From the NCBI RefSeq assembly GCF_006345805.1, contig NW_021832991.1, forward strand, positions 1 to 59,572: a DNA stretch of 59,572 nt, read 5' to 3'. The position numbers were made by a program, and so were the translations under genes. Source of the DNA: Octopus sinensis. Taxonomy: Eukaryota. The notes under the pieces are model-generated. The model had not been told where the DNA came from, made no database searches, and saw nothing but the letters and a program-made list of their open reading frames with translations. Below are positions 1 through 12,099 of this stretch, piece after piece (position 1 is the first letter of the stretch; every line of letters begins with the position of its first letter).

Positions 1-560
1 AATATAATAATAATAATTAACAGTCCTTTCTACTATAGGCACAACTGAAATTTTAGGGGAAAGAGTTGATCGAATCCATTGATCCCAAAGCTAGCTGGTG
101 CTTACTTTACTGACCCTGAAAGAATGAAAGGCAAAGTCCACCTCAGCGACATTTGAACTCAGAACGCAAAACCGAAAGAAATGTGTCGCTGAACATTTTG
201 TCCGGAGTTTTAAAGATTTTACCAGCTCGCTGCACCTAACAGTCTTTTTACTATAGCTACAAAGCCTTAAATTTTGTGGGAAGGACCTGACTGATTACCT
301 CGATCCTTAGTGTTCAACTAGTACTTATTTCATAGACCCCGAAACGATGAAAGGTAAATTAATCATGGTGGGATCTGGACTCGGAACGTAAAGCGCCGCA
401 AGAAATACTACAGAGCATTCAGCCCGATGGATTAACGATTCTGCTATCTTAAAAACACTCAAAATTTAGTACAAGGTCAGCAGATCTTTATTTCATCAAT
501 CTCAAAAGGATAAAAAGACAAGTTGACCTCGACTGGTTTTAACTCAAAGGCTAGAATAAA
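1..560 (-). mobile_element. Three degenerate head-to-tail copies of tRNA-derived SINE family A
   Basis: Repeated block 'tcgaccccgaaa(g)gatgaaaggcaaagtcgacctc...gaatttgaactcagaacg', the reverse complement of the SINE seen intact at 20581-20815. Confidence 0.75.
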
Positions 561-589
561 TACCACAAGGCATTTGTACACGCTAATAA

Positions 590-1010
590 TTATGAGAAGG
601 ATTTCTTTTATTTACCACAGGGGCCTCAAATGAAGGAACGTTACAAAGCAGGTTACATGAAGTGGTGGGATTTACATAAAATAAGCGGAGTAAAGAAATG
701 GGGAAAATATATACGTTTTACAAATTCAAGGATGACATAGTCCCCCTAACGTAAGCTGACCTCCAGCTAGTATTAATCAAAGGAGCTCACAAATTCAAGA
801 TCACTCTGACCATCATGAACATGTACCCTTGTTCACCGAACTGCAAACGCATGTTAAGTGTAGTTCCATCTACTGTAAGCATTTTCGCAATAATTAACAA
901 CCTTCTGATAAATTCGCCAGTGGAAGTGCACAGAGGTGCAAAAATTATCGAAGTGTGCTCCTGACTGTATACACCGCACTTTAGTGCCCGAATTATTTGA
1001 TAATGAACTA
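590..1010 (-). mobile_element. Possible 3' remnant of an L1/Tx1-like LINE
   Basis: Minus-strand ORF 787-1029 ends '...KMLTVDGTTLNMRL' and is followed by UTR-like sequence; resemblance is from recall only, no catalytic motif visible. Confidence 0.3.
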
Positions 1011-1149
1011 CAGCGCATTTTTTGATCATTCTAAATGCATTTATGATATACTATTTTTAACCTTAGTCTTTAAATCACATTGCGAAAAATAAAACGAAGT
1101 TGTTGCATAACAAATTTTTACTCCTCTTTGAACAAAAATAGCAACTCCG

Positions 1150-1190
1150 TTCTGATACGTTTCAAGTTTTCTAAGACCTTTATCAGAGAA
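1150..1190 (-). ncRNA. Degenerate minimal hammerhead ribozyme motif
   Basis: Minus strand TTCT-CTGATAA-AGGT(cttagaaa)ACTT-GAAAC-GT-ATC-AGAA. Helix I TTCT/AGAA; G8 is mutated to A and helix III is imperfect. Confidence 0.35.
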
Positions 1191-1545
1191 AGATTACCCA
1201 TCTTCCGTTCACGGACAGATTAGTAACTTACATCTAAGAAGACTAAAGATTCGGCAGATTGAGTCCATTTTTTTCTGCTAAAGTGTTCACAGCTAATTAT
1301 TTTTTTTATTTTTCATGTTAAGGAAACAGATTGTATGTTTGTAAAATGAACACAAGAGTATACGTTTCATTTCAATTCATCGAAAAAAAAAAAAAAAAAG
1401 CAACGTGTATTATTTATAAGTTACTATCCCGTTATCTGTGTATGTGAACTATTATGTGGATAAGATGGGCCACTTTAGCTGTGCTTGAGTTTGTATATGG
1501 AAGAAATAGCTAAGATACTACTACTATATCTATAATGTATATCCG

Positions 1546-1557
1546 TATCTATATCTA

Positions 1558-1643
<86 letters not shown>

Positions 1644-1705
1644 ATATATGATATAAATAATATATATATGCATATATACACACATACATGTACATACCTA
1701 CATAT
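1546..1705. repeat. (ATCT)n and (AT)n microsatellites
   Basis: Directly visible. Confidence 0.95.
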
Positions 1706-2038
1706 ATATGTACAGGACGTAAAAAAATCGTGAACAACATGAAAAACGAGAACATGAAAAAACAGAAACATAGAAGACGAACTTTTTATCGAACAACGAA
1801 AGAAACAAATAGAGAATCGAAACAGGCAACATGAAAAACAATCCCTTCATCAGTTGTCCCCTGTTTTATCAACTCCTCATTTCGAACGTTAGGACAAGAT
1901 GCGTCTTCGTCAAAACAGCCGTTCTGGCAAAGCAAATTAAAGTTCGGGATTTGCGGAGGGTTAAAGTGATAACAAAAACAGGGCAGTAAAAACAAACGGT
2001 AAGGGTTGTTAAGCTATAACGAGGTGAAGTGGTGAACG

Positions 2039-2116
<78 letters not shown>

Positions 2117-2283
2117 TTGAGAGAGGTGAAGGAGAAATAGGTAGACAATAAATAGATAGATATTTTCTTACAAAGACAAGATTGATGATGACTTCGATGC
2201 TTCAGTTCAAATGCTTTCGTCACACAGTCTGATGAAATTTTGAAAAATATTAGTGTGGTAGTATGATCCTTCATTTAATTCTT

Positions 2284-2320
<37 letters not shown>

Positions 2321-2526
2321 AAATAGAAAGATGAATAATCTGTTGCAGATTAATCAAAAGTTTAACCGATACCTTGGTAGCAAAATCACAGCAGAAGACA
2401 GCACGGTTGGAGGTACAAACCATATGGTGTTGCAACCGTGCGTTGGTTGCGGATAATTGAATTTTATTATTAGTGAATTGAAGAAATGGAGTTGAACGAA
2501 GATTGAACAGAAATCGTTTTATTGCA

Positions 2527-2606
2527 TTCTACACGTGTTTCGAAAGGCACAATTTACCAAATTCCGATTGAATAATGAGACCATATTGTGTCTTTCTCTT
2601 CAGGAA
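2527..2606 (-). ncRNA. Minimal type I hammerhead ribozyme (left arm, mirror copy)
   Basis: Reverse complement of 2776-2855. Confidence 0.75.
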
Positions 2607-2775
2607 GAAATAGGAAATCCGTTGGAAAAAACAAAACAGAAACAGAGGCGGAGCAAAACAAATCGAACGAGGCTCCTAAGAGCCCATGGCCAGCCATGGG
2701 CTCTTAGGAGCCTCGTTCGATTGTTTGCCTCCGCCTCTGTTCTGTTTTTGGTTTTTCCAACGGATTTCCTATTTC

Positions 2776-2855
2776 TTCCTGAAGAGAAAGACACAATATG
2801 GTCTCATTATTCAATCGGAATTTGGTAAATTGTGCCTTTCGAAACACGTGTAGAA
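2776..2855 (+). ncRNA. Minimal type I hammerhead ribozyme (right arm)
   Basis: TTC-CTGAAGA-GAAAGACACAAT...ATTGTGCCTTTC-GAAAC-ACGT-GTA-GAA. Intact core, long helix II, palindromic helix III (ACACGTGT), predicted cleavage after GTA at 2852; helix I only about 3 bp. Confidence 0.75.
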
Positions 2856-2937
2856 TGCAATAAAACGATTTCTGTTCAATCTTCGTTCAACTCCATTTCT
2901 TCAATTCACTAATATAATATATATATATTTTATATAT

Positions 2938-2979
<42 letters not shown>

Positions 2980-3133
2980 ACTATAAACACAAACACTCAA
3001 ACGTTTTGTGTGCGTGCGAGTGTGTGTGTATACACACTCATCGACTTTCTTTTAAAGTATGTTTTCTCGACTTATGGATTACTTACACACTCACACACAC
3101 ATAACATATACACACACACATTAGATAATATAA

Positions 3134-3181
<48 letters not shown>

Positions 3182-3333
3182 CAAAAAGCAATAAAGATTC
3201 AAGTTAATTTAAATGAATTACTTGAATATGGTACCTAACTTAGAGGCACCAAAAAAAAACTATACTGTTTTAAAAATGTACAGTAATGTGGGGGTGATTA
3301 TAAGCGAGAAAGAAGCAACAAGAATGGATAGGT

Positions 3334-3423
3334 TTTTAGTACAATCGTTTCATACAAGGACAGGCTTATTAAAAGTTGCAAAAATTACAGCATATAAACG
3401 TGTCCCGTACTCATCAGCTAAAA
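3334..3423 (-). ncRNA. Minimal type I hammerhead ribozyme (left arm, mirror copy)
   Basis: Reverse complement of 3633-3723; helix II 5' strand here reads GTACGGGACA and pairs better. Confidence 0.85.
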
Positions 3424-3632
3424 TACATGTGAGTTCTCTACACATCCTAGTGGTTGAGGCTATACTCATGAAGTAATGTAGATAATTAAGTAACATAAAC
3501 AGATTTCCAAAGTTCATTAAAGTTCTTTAAAGAACTTTAATGAACTTTGGAAATCTGTTTATGTTACTTAATTATCTACATTACTTCATGAGTATAGCCT
3601 CAACCACTAGGATGTCTAGAGACTCACATGTA

Positions 3633-3723
3633 TTTTAGCTGATGAGTACGGGTCACGTTTATATGCTGTAATTTTTGCAACTTTTAATAAAGCCTGTCCT
3701 TGTATGAAACGATTGTACTAAAA
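3633..3723 (+). ncRNA. Minimal type I hammerhead ribozyme (right arm)
   Basis: TTTTAG-CTGATGA-GTACGGGTCA...TGTCCTTGTAT-GAAAC-GATT-GTA-CTAAAA. Perfect 6-bp helix I, intact core, helix II, near-palindromic helix III; predicted cleavage after 3717. Confidence 0.85.
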
Positions 3724-3770
3724 ACCTATCCATTCTTGTTGCTTCTTTCTCGCGTATATATATCTATATA

Positions 3771-3823
<53 letters not shown>

Positions 3824-4689
3824 TAGCAGGCCCAGAAGTCACTGAAGGGTTTTAATTTTTAATAACTCCTTCATTTTTTCAAATAGCTGTATGAAATTTT
3901 AATTCAATAAAAAGGAGATAACGGAAATTAATTTGCATTAGTTCTTTTCATTATCTCTCTGTATTACGTATGAAAAATGACATCTTTTAAATGATGTCCG
4001 TTGTCAGCTTCACACTTTATGGGGTGTAATTCTCCTTGATGTAGTGCTCTCGGATTTTCAGAGCCCCAAAACCGGCAACTTTGTCTCTTGATGAACCCAT
4101 TCGAATGAAAGTGATCTTCATCAGACATGATCAATTTTTGTGTAAAATTTGGGTAATTTCGTGCCAATTCCGGTATTCTGACAGCGTATTGAAGCCTGTA
4201 TTCATAGTCCTGGACCTTCAATAGTTGAACCAACTGTATCTTGTATGAAAAATGGTTAAGGCTGCAGAGAACTCTTTGCAACGAAGTTTTTGAAATCCTA
4301 AGCTGTCTGAGCGCCTTCGAGTTGACGTGCCCAGATTCTGTCCAATACTTATTCCCTTACCTCATCAGTTCTGATAGATCGTCTCGCAGATCGTTGGAGA
4401 TCACTTACTGCCCCTTGTTCTTCAAAATAAGGAACCAACTTCCTAATTGTGTTTTTACTTGGTGTATCTCTCACTTGAATGTGTCAACGATATGCTGTCT
4501 GGGTTTGAAAAACTGACCCCTGATTTTGATAGAACAATTTCACCACTTGGGTGCGTTGTGCGGTGCCATATTTTTCCTTAAGTAATTTTCCACACCTGGT
4601 CCATAAAATCCCTGAAAAGAAAAGAAAATGTAAAAAAATAAAAGAATTATCAAAAATTGCAATCCCTCAGTGGCATTTGGGCCACCCTG
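3824..4689 (-). mobile_element. Internally deleted Tc1/mariner element (DD37D/maT-like) with transposase fragment
   Basis: ORF 3964-4281 contains 'IMSDEDHFHSNGFIKRQSCRFWGSENP' (first catalytic Asp region). Right TIR CAGGGTGGCCCAAATGCCACTGAGGG ends at TA 4690-4691; degenerate left TIR near 3824-3860. Confidence 0.8.
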
Positions 4690-5639
4690 TATGTATGTAT
4701 GTATGTATGTATGTATGTATGTATGTATGTATGTATGTATGTATGTGTGTGCTTAAATATATGTTATATGTATATACAAGCATACAACACAATACATGTA
4801 ATGATATATATGTTGGTATATATGTTTTCTATGCAATATTTCAAGTTTGTCCTAAAATTGAAGCCGGTCATTAATAAAGAGTTAAGTTTAATTTTTGCCT
4901 CTTTTTTTTGTTTGTTTCAGTCATTTGTGAATATTTAAATGAGTCAGTGTGCGCGTATCTGAAGGGGCATATGTGATATATGGATATATACTTGTACTCA
5001 TGTAATGTGTATGCTATGTACGCTATGCTATGTGATTGTGTACAAAGGTTCATTCTAAAACATTAAAATGGAAAATCTTCGGAATGTTTTGGAAATTGGT
5101 ATAATCTTCGACAGTATATGGAAGACACAAGTCTTTTTATTTTTATTTTTATTTATTTATTTTTATTATTATTTTTTTTTTTTGAAAATCACAGTATTAC
5201 GAGGCATTTATGCAAGTTTGTTGTTCCATGGTCCAGTACACCCATTCTAGATTAAATTTAATAGCCCTGATACACGAGCTGTCATTTCTTTGTTAATTCG
5301 GCATAGATAGTCTCGCTTTTATTTTTATCGGGACATTCAAATCCGCTGTGCACTTGACCTGTTCAGTGGTGTATAATGTTTTACCTTTTCTCTTAGAATA
5401 GTAGCAGCACTAATACACATAGTGTAACCCTGGTGGTTAGCTATCAAAGGGGAGACAACCCCTTCTAGATTAAGTTAAGTATTAGTACATTAACTTAATT
5501 TAATATCTAGAAAGGATAAGAAGTTCGTATACACATTTTTTTCTTAACACATTATAAAAGTTTCTAGTAGTTGGTAGCCACATATAGTATCATTTTATCC
5601 TTCTTTGGAATCGCCAGCATGGCAAAACCCAGAGCATGC

Positions 5640-5900
5640 AGGCGCATAAGTTAGTGGCTAGGGTGTTGGACTCATGATCGCAAGATTGTGGTTTCGATTC
5701 CTGCACTGGGCAGCGCGTTGTGTTCATGAGCAAAACACTTCATTTCACGTTGCTCTAGTTCTCTCAGCTAGCAAAAATGAGTAATCCAGAGATGGTCAGC
5801 CGTCCCTTCCAGGTGGGAAATATATACTCCATGAAACCGTGAAACAGGCACTTATGAGTCAGTATGACTCCAGAAGATAACTTTTACCTTTACCATAACA
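5640..5900 (+). mobile_element. tRNA-derived SINE family C
   Basis: Head 'ggcgcataagttagtggctagggtgttgg...gtttcgattcc' (A/B boxes), then 'ttgtgttcatgagcaaaacacttcatttcacgttgctc' shared with 35860-36220. Confidence 0.7.
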
Positions 5901-6022
5901 CAAAGCAGAGTGTTGTATTTGTACAAAATTCCTGGCTTTATTTGGAAGTTCCACCGTTATATATGACCATGTAGCTATACACTATCAAACGATAACCTAA
6001 ATAGGCTTACAAGTCCATATAC

Positions 6023-6417
6023 TCTTTACTCTTTTACTTGTTTCAGTAATTTGACTGTGGCCATGCTTGAGCACCACCGCTTTTAATCAGCAACTTGACC
6101 CCCGGGACTTATTCTTTTGTAAGCCCATTACTTATTATATCGGTCTCTTTTGCCGAACCACTAAGTAACGGGGACGTAACCACACAGCCTCGGTCGTCAA
6201 GCATGTTAGGGGGACAAACACAGACACACAAACACACACACATATATATACTATATACGACAGGCTTCTTCAGTTTTCCGTCTACCAATCCACTCAGAAG
6301 GCTTGGTTGGCCCGAGGCTATAGTAGAAGCCATTTGCCCAGGTGCCACGCAGTGGACTGAACACTGAAACCATGTGGTTGGTAAACAGCTACTTACCATA
6401 CAGCCACTCCTGCGCCT
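6023..6417 (-). mobile_element. tRNA-derived SINE family B, near full length
   Basis: Reverse complement of the 39069-39485 copy; head ggcgcaggagtggctg..., internal (TA/TG)n spacer, tail tgactgaaacaagtaaaagag. Confidence 0.85.
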
Positions 6418-6419
6418 AT

Positions 6420-6590
6420 ATTATATAGATATATAGATATATATATATATATATATATATATAGTATATATATATGATATATATATATGTATAATATATA
6501 TATATATCTATATATATATATATATATATAATATATATATATATATATTATATATGTATGTATATATATATGTATATATATATATATATC

Positions 6591-6622
<32 letters not shown>

Positions 6623-6715
6623 GGCATATATATATATATATATATATATAGATTATATATATATATATATAGGCATATATTATAGAGGCATACATCTATA
6701 GCATATATACTGAAA
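6420..6715. repeat. (AT)n microsatellite field
   Basis: Directly visible. Confidence 0.95.
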
Positions 6716-6729
6716 CCGTACACTGTGTA

Positions 6730-7050
6730 TATATCTTTTTCTTTACTTATTCAGTCATTAGACGGCGGGCATATTAGATCACCATCTTGAAGAATTTTAA
6801 TCGAACGAATCGACCCCAGTCCCTTTCTTTTAGTTTGGTACTTATTCTATCGGTCTCTAGTGGAGGGACAAACACATACGCGCGCACGTGCATAGAGACA
6901 CAGACACACACACAGAAACACATGACTGGCTTCTTTTAGGTTTTGTCTACCAAATCCATTCACTCACAAGGCTTTGATTAACCTGAGGCTATGATAGAAG
7001 ACTCTATGACGCAAGGTGCCACGCAGCGGGACTGAACTTGGAAACCTATG
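6730..7050 (-). mobile_element. SINE family B, degenerate copy
   Basis: Shares blocks 'tcgaccccag', 'caaggtgccacgcagcgggactgaac' with other family B copies. Confidence 0.7.
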
Positions 7051-7109
7051 CCTATATGTGTGTGTGTGTAAATAAATATATATTTATATATAAATAGATG
7101 AGTGTATTT

Positions 7110-8100
7110 TTACCTTTGTTACCAATTAACACGGAAAAAAAATAGTTACCAGGGCAGCAAAAATCTCACAAGTAAAGGTGTTGTAACTCCTTGTTTATAA
7201 AGGTAGAAACTTACGATTTTTAAGCCCATTCTACTAAAAAAATTAACTAAACTATTCTTAACTTTTTGTACCTTTTGTTTGGAAACATTTTGGAGATAAA
7301 GTAAACAATCATCACGATATAGACCTCCATAAATGTTAGGGAACTCTTCAGCCATTTCAAAAAGAATATATATACAGACCAAATCAGCTATCTGTGCTGA
7401 ATCAGAACTTCCCATTGGTATATCGAAACTATCTGGTGTGTCTTTACGGACCCACAACTTATCATCAAATTTAATAATAGATCTTCTGGCTGCCACACAA
7501 CATTCATGTTCTTCTCGGTGAGACCACTTTGTTATGAGCAAGCCAAAGTGCCTTATTAAGTACTTTGGATTGATAGATGAATAAAAATTGGAAATATTAA
7601 ACTGGATAAACTTAGTACTCACCTTATTGGTAATAGAACTAACCAGCAGTCAACTACTTCAAACGAATTAGTCCATAAACTAAGTTTTAATGTTTTAATT
7701 AAATTAGGAATATATTATCTAGTATATTTTTACTAAGGATACGATGTCAGAGCTAGAAGGGCAGATAAGCCTAATGATGGGTTAGTAAAAAAATTTAGTT
7801 TGTGATCCTTTCAAAATGAACCGGGTTGCTTAGGATCAGTGGTTCTGTCTTCATTTGTAGGTTATATTTCTCCATGATTTTCATAGCCTCAATGTTGGAT
7901 TTCTTAGTATTCTTTTATCAGCAATTTTATACTTTTTCTGAATTTCTTTTTTAAGTAATTTCAAATAATAGTCTTTATCAAGTTTGTACAGATTTCCAGT
8001 TTTATCAGATTGAATCAACATAGTATCCATAGAATTGATTTCTTTGGTTATGTTGCGAAGATACATCAGATGTTTATTTCTTAGTGGTGATCGTTGAAAA
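7110..8100 (-). pseudogene. PLE reverse transcriptase, frameshifted minus-strand copy
   Basis: Pre-RT 'SDKTGNLYK', then 'FIQFNISNFYSSI', 'MGSSDSAQIADLV', 'GLYRDDCL' across broken frames. Confidence 0.85.
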
Positions 8101-9290
8101 TTATCTGCCCTTCTAGCTCTGACATCGGTATCCTAGTAAAATATACTAGTAAATATATTCCTAATTAATTAAAACATTAAAACTTAGTTTATGGACTAAT
8201 TCGTTTGAAGTAGTTGACTGGTTTAGTTCTATTACAATAGGTGAGTGGAGTACTAATTTATCCAGTTTAATATTTCCAATTTTTATTCATCTATCAATCC
8301 AATAGTACTTAATAAGGCACTTTGCTTGCTCATAACAAAGCTGGTCTCACCCGAGAAGAAATGAATGTTGTGTTGGCAGCCAGAAGATCTATTATTAAAT
8401 TTGATGATAAGTTGTGGGTCCGTAAAGACACACCAGATAGTTTCGATATACCAATGGGAAGTTCTGATTCAGCACAGATAGCTGATTTGGTCTGTATATA
8501 TATTCTTTTTGAAATGGCTGAAGAGTTCCCTAACATTTATGGAGGTCTATATCGTGATGATTGTTTACTTTATCTCCAAAAAAGTAAATATAACACCTTC
8601 AAAAGTAATTACGCTATGAATACTAGTAAAAATATTTGGTTAATAATTCCTTACGGGAGACAAATTAAATCTAATCTCCCACTGCTGTTTCGTCAAGCTA
8701 TTGCTAGGAATTTTCCAAACAATTATAGATATTACTCTATTATCAATTCACATAAGGTTAGGATATGTTTTTCAAACACAAAAAATCTCTTGCAAATTAT
8801 CTCTTCTCATAATAACAAACTGTTAAATATTAATACATTTACTAATACTAACATTAATTTAGCTAACACCATCCAACCCTCTAGAAATATTAATAACAAG
8901 GTTATTGTATCTGAAGTCAATTCCAATAGAATTAAGTTTATACCAGTGTATAATCAGTACTCGTAATAAAGTACGATTTTACATTGGAAGCACATCGTTA
9001 GAGTTATCTAAAAGAATTTCTATCCATTACTCAACATTTAGGGATAGAAATAAACGGAATAGTGCCGGTCTCAGCAAACTGATTTGGGATTTAAAAGACC
9101 ACAATGAACAATTTCATTTAGAATGGTTGATTCTCTCAATTTCGATACCATATAACAAAGGCAGAAATTCTGTCTTCTTCTGCAATTCTGAGCTATTTTT
9201 CATTATTTTTTCTAAAATACTCTAGTAAACACGGTTATAGAGCGAGCATACAGATGTAAGCATTGGCAAAAACATACATTTAGTGCATAT
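8101..9290 (+). pseudogene. PLE RT core, C-terminal linker and GIY-YIG endonuclease, frameshifted
   Basis: ORF 8322-8966 has 'GLYRDDCL' then jumps to 'IWLIIPY...RNFP...SHNNKLL'; ORF 8905-9225 has 'LYQC...FYIGST...KRISIH...LSKLIWDLK'. Confidence 0.85.
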
Positions 9291-9497
9291 AAGTAATCTC
9301 TATCATTATATATAATTTAAACTTTAATTTCCTTTATATTTAACATTCACTATTAATATCCCTACTCTTTCTGTTAGCTACTTATGACGTTATATCATAT
9401 AACGTTTTTTTAAACAATATTAATAGCGTTCTGTCAATCGCTATACAAATCCATCATTTTTTGCTAAAATGTCTTATTGACGAGTTTCGGTTTTTTC

Positions 9498-9580
9498 ACT
9501 TTCCTGAGAAGATTACATTGTTTATACCATTTATTCTTTTGAATAGTATCAGTGGAATTTTCGAAACATGTGTCGAAAGT
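9498..9580 (+). ncRNA. Degenerate hammerhead ribozyme in the PLE 3' terminal repeat
   Basis: ACTTTC-CTGA-GAAGATTACATT...AGTGGAATTTTC-GAAAC-ATGT-GTC-GAAAGT. Perfect 6-bp helix I, but the core appears to lack the NGA triplet. Confidence 0.6.
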
Positions 9581-9625
9581 AAAAATATTTGATTACACCT
9601 GCGTTAAACTCCATTTATTTATTCA

Positions 9626-9657
<32 letters not shown>

Positions 9658-10080
9658 TATTCTTTTACTTGTTTCAGTCTTTTAACTGCAGCCAGGCTTG
9701 AGCACCACCTTCTAGTCGAACAAATCGACCCCAGGACTTATTCTTTGTATGTCTAGTACCTATTCTATCGGTCTTTTTTTTTTGCCGAACCGGTAAGTTA
9801 CGGGGGCGTAAACACATTAACATCGGTTGTCAAGCGATGTTGAGGGGGACAAACACAGACACACAAACACACACACACACACTCACACACACATACACAT
9901 ATATATATATATACATATATACGATGAGCTTCTTTCAGTTTCTGTCTACCAAATCCCTCACAAGGCTTGGTCGGCCTGAGTATTAGGAGGGACACTTGCC
10001 CAAGGTGCACGCAGTGGGACTGAACCCGGAACCATGTGGTTGGTAAACAAGCTACTTATCGAACAGCCACTCCTGCGCCT
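9658..10080 (-). mobile_element. SINE family B, full length
   Basis: Matches the family B consensus seen at 6023-6417 and 39069-39485. Confidence 0.85.
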
Positions 10081-10886
10081 ATATATATATATATGTATAT
10101 ATATATATGTATTATATATATATATGTATATATTATATATATGTATATATATCTATATGTATATGTATATATATATATATACATATATATAATACATATA
10201 TATAATATATATATATATACATACATACATGCATGCATACATACATGTATACATGCATACATGCATGCATACATACATGCATACATACATATATGCATAT
10301 GTGTGTGCGTGAGTGTGTGTGTGTGTGTGTGTGTACGAGTATGTATAAACGTACCAGTAAAAAGTATGAAGCACCCTTCAGCAAATCGTAACAGCAACAA
10401 CAACAACAACAACAACAACAACACCAACAACAAATCTTCAACAATAGCAAACTGCGAAAGTACCAGTCACGACAAAAGACGATGGCGGCAAGAAGATCAT
10501 TAACAACGGCTACAGTAACACCAACAGCAACAACAATACTAAAAAGTACAGAAAACGCGAGAAAATTGATATTAAACGAGGATGACAAATGAATAATCCA
10601 TTAAAGAATAACAGCAATAACTAATTCAATATTAAAAAGTAACAACAATAAGAAAGTGACAAAGACTGAGGCTTTCTTCATTTATTAATTATTGATATAG
10701 ATAACCTTACAATATTATTTGATTTTTATCTACTTTCTCTTGTTCTTCTTACTCTTTCCAACTATCTTTTTACCAACTGTCTGTTTACCTATCTTTCTAA
10801 CTATGTTTACCTATCTTTCTAAATCTGTTTACCTATCTATTCCTCTACCTATCTATCTATGAACTTGCCCGTCTGTCTCTCCGCGA

Positions 10887-10982
<96 letters not shown>

Positions 10983-11087
10983 GCCTGTCTGTCTATCTAT
11001 CTACATATAAAAAAATAAAGAAATGTCTATCTCTCTGTCTGTCTGTCTGTCTTTGTTTGTCTCTGCTTGTCTGTCTGCCTGTCTGTC

Positions 11088-11146
<59 letters not shown>

Positions 11147-11279
11147 CTATATCTATCTATGTACCTATCTATCTCTACTTTATTGATCTATTTATACATA
11201 TTTTAATGTTTTTCTTATCAATCTATCGACAATCAAGCATAAGATCATTCACTATCTCTCAATCAGTTTCCCCCACCTG

Positions 11280-11319
<40 letters not shown>

Positions 11320-11345
11320 TCCTCTCTCTCTCTATCTCTCTCTTT
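10080..11345. repeat. Compound microsatellite field: (AT)n, (ATAC)n, (GT)n, (AAC)n, (ATCT)n, (GTCT)n, (CT)n
   Basis: Directly visible. Confidence 0.9.
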
Positions 11346-11984
11346 GAATCTATTTGTATCCGTGTCTCGATTGTTTATATGTGTGTGTGCTCGACCACGT
11401 GCAAAATACTCCGACTATAGCAATGACTAGTGGTTCACAGTCTGTTTGTGGTTTGGAAACATTCGAATCCTGACTTGTAATGAACTTGAAGTTGGAAAAC
11501 CAACAGTAGCTGCCTATTTAAGTGGATTTAAAAAACTGGGTTCAGGCATGGCTTTGTGGTTAAGAATTTCGTTTTGCAGCCATGAGGTTTCGGGGGCCAT
11601 CCCAGCAGCACGGTATCTTAGGCAAGTGTTCTCTAATATATATACCCACGCAGAAAACTTTGAAATTTCTGGTCTGGTATCCAGATGTGCATTTAGCTTA
11701 CAAGGATAGGCTGAAACCTAAAGCGTGACAAAGGCTACTAACCCAGTTGATGGAGAGGTCTATGTAGTTGTGATCAATCCTAGACAGCGTAGACGCTATC
11801 ACTCGAAAATATTTAGTATACAACATCTGGAGCAGAGAAAGAGAGGTCTGCATCAGCAATGCGTTGGTAGTCATTTGCAGACATGTAAACTGGAGCAACA
11901 TGAAGCGACTCACAGCCCGGAAAGAGGACCTTCACCTTCAATAACCACCCTAAGACCAGCGAGTCTAACCTATATATCTATATC

Positions 11985-12015
<31 letters not shown>

Positions 12016-12099
12016 TAATATATATAATAAATATTGGGAATAAATCCAAACTTACAGGGAAAAATCAGATTTAGGATTGAATCCAATTTTATAGTTAAA

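Larger units (their letters stand above)
2469..2913. mobile_element. Near-perfect ~445-bp palindrome, probably a fold-back of a PLE terminal repeat
   Basis: Arms 2469-2690 and 2693-2913 are reverse complements around a 2-nt centre (gagcccatggc-ca-gccatgggctc); each arm carries an HHR motif. Confidence 0.9.
3304..3753. mobile_element. Near-perfect ~450-bp palindrome with no loop, probably a fold-back of a second PLE terminal repeat
   Basis: Centre aagttcttt|aaagaactt between 3529 and 3530; about 4 differences between the ~225-bp arms. Confidence 0.9.
7110..9625. mobile_element. Penelope-like retroelement (Penelope/Poseidon type), 5'-truncated, with inverted duplication and internal deletion
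   Basis: RT motifs and GIY-YIG endonuclease; arms ~7270-7768 and ~8101-8580 are reverse complements; degenerate HHR in the 3' repeat. Confidence 0.9.

Noticed and set aside
1835-1905. Minus-strand GAAA...CTGATGAAGGG as a permuted (type II) hammerhead
   Set aside because: Could not build helix III or place an NUH cleavage site consistently.
2535-2828. Overlapping ORFs on both strands with the same peptide (also 3213-3476 and 52927-53973)
   Set aside because: Consequence of palindromic DNA; no domain similarity.
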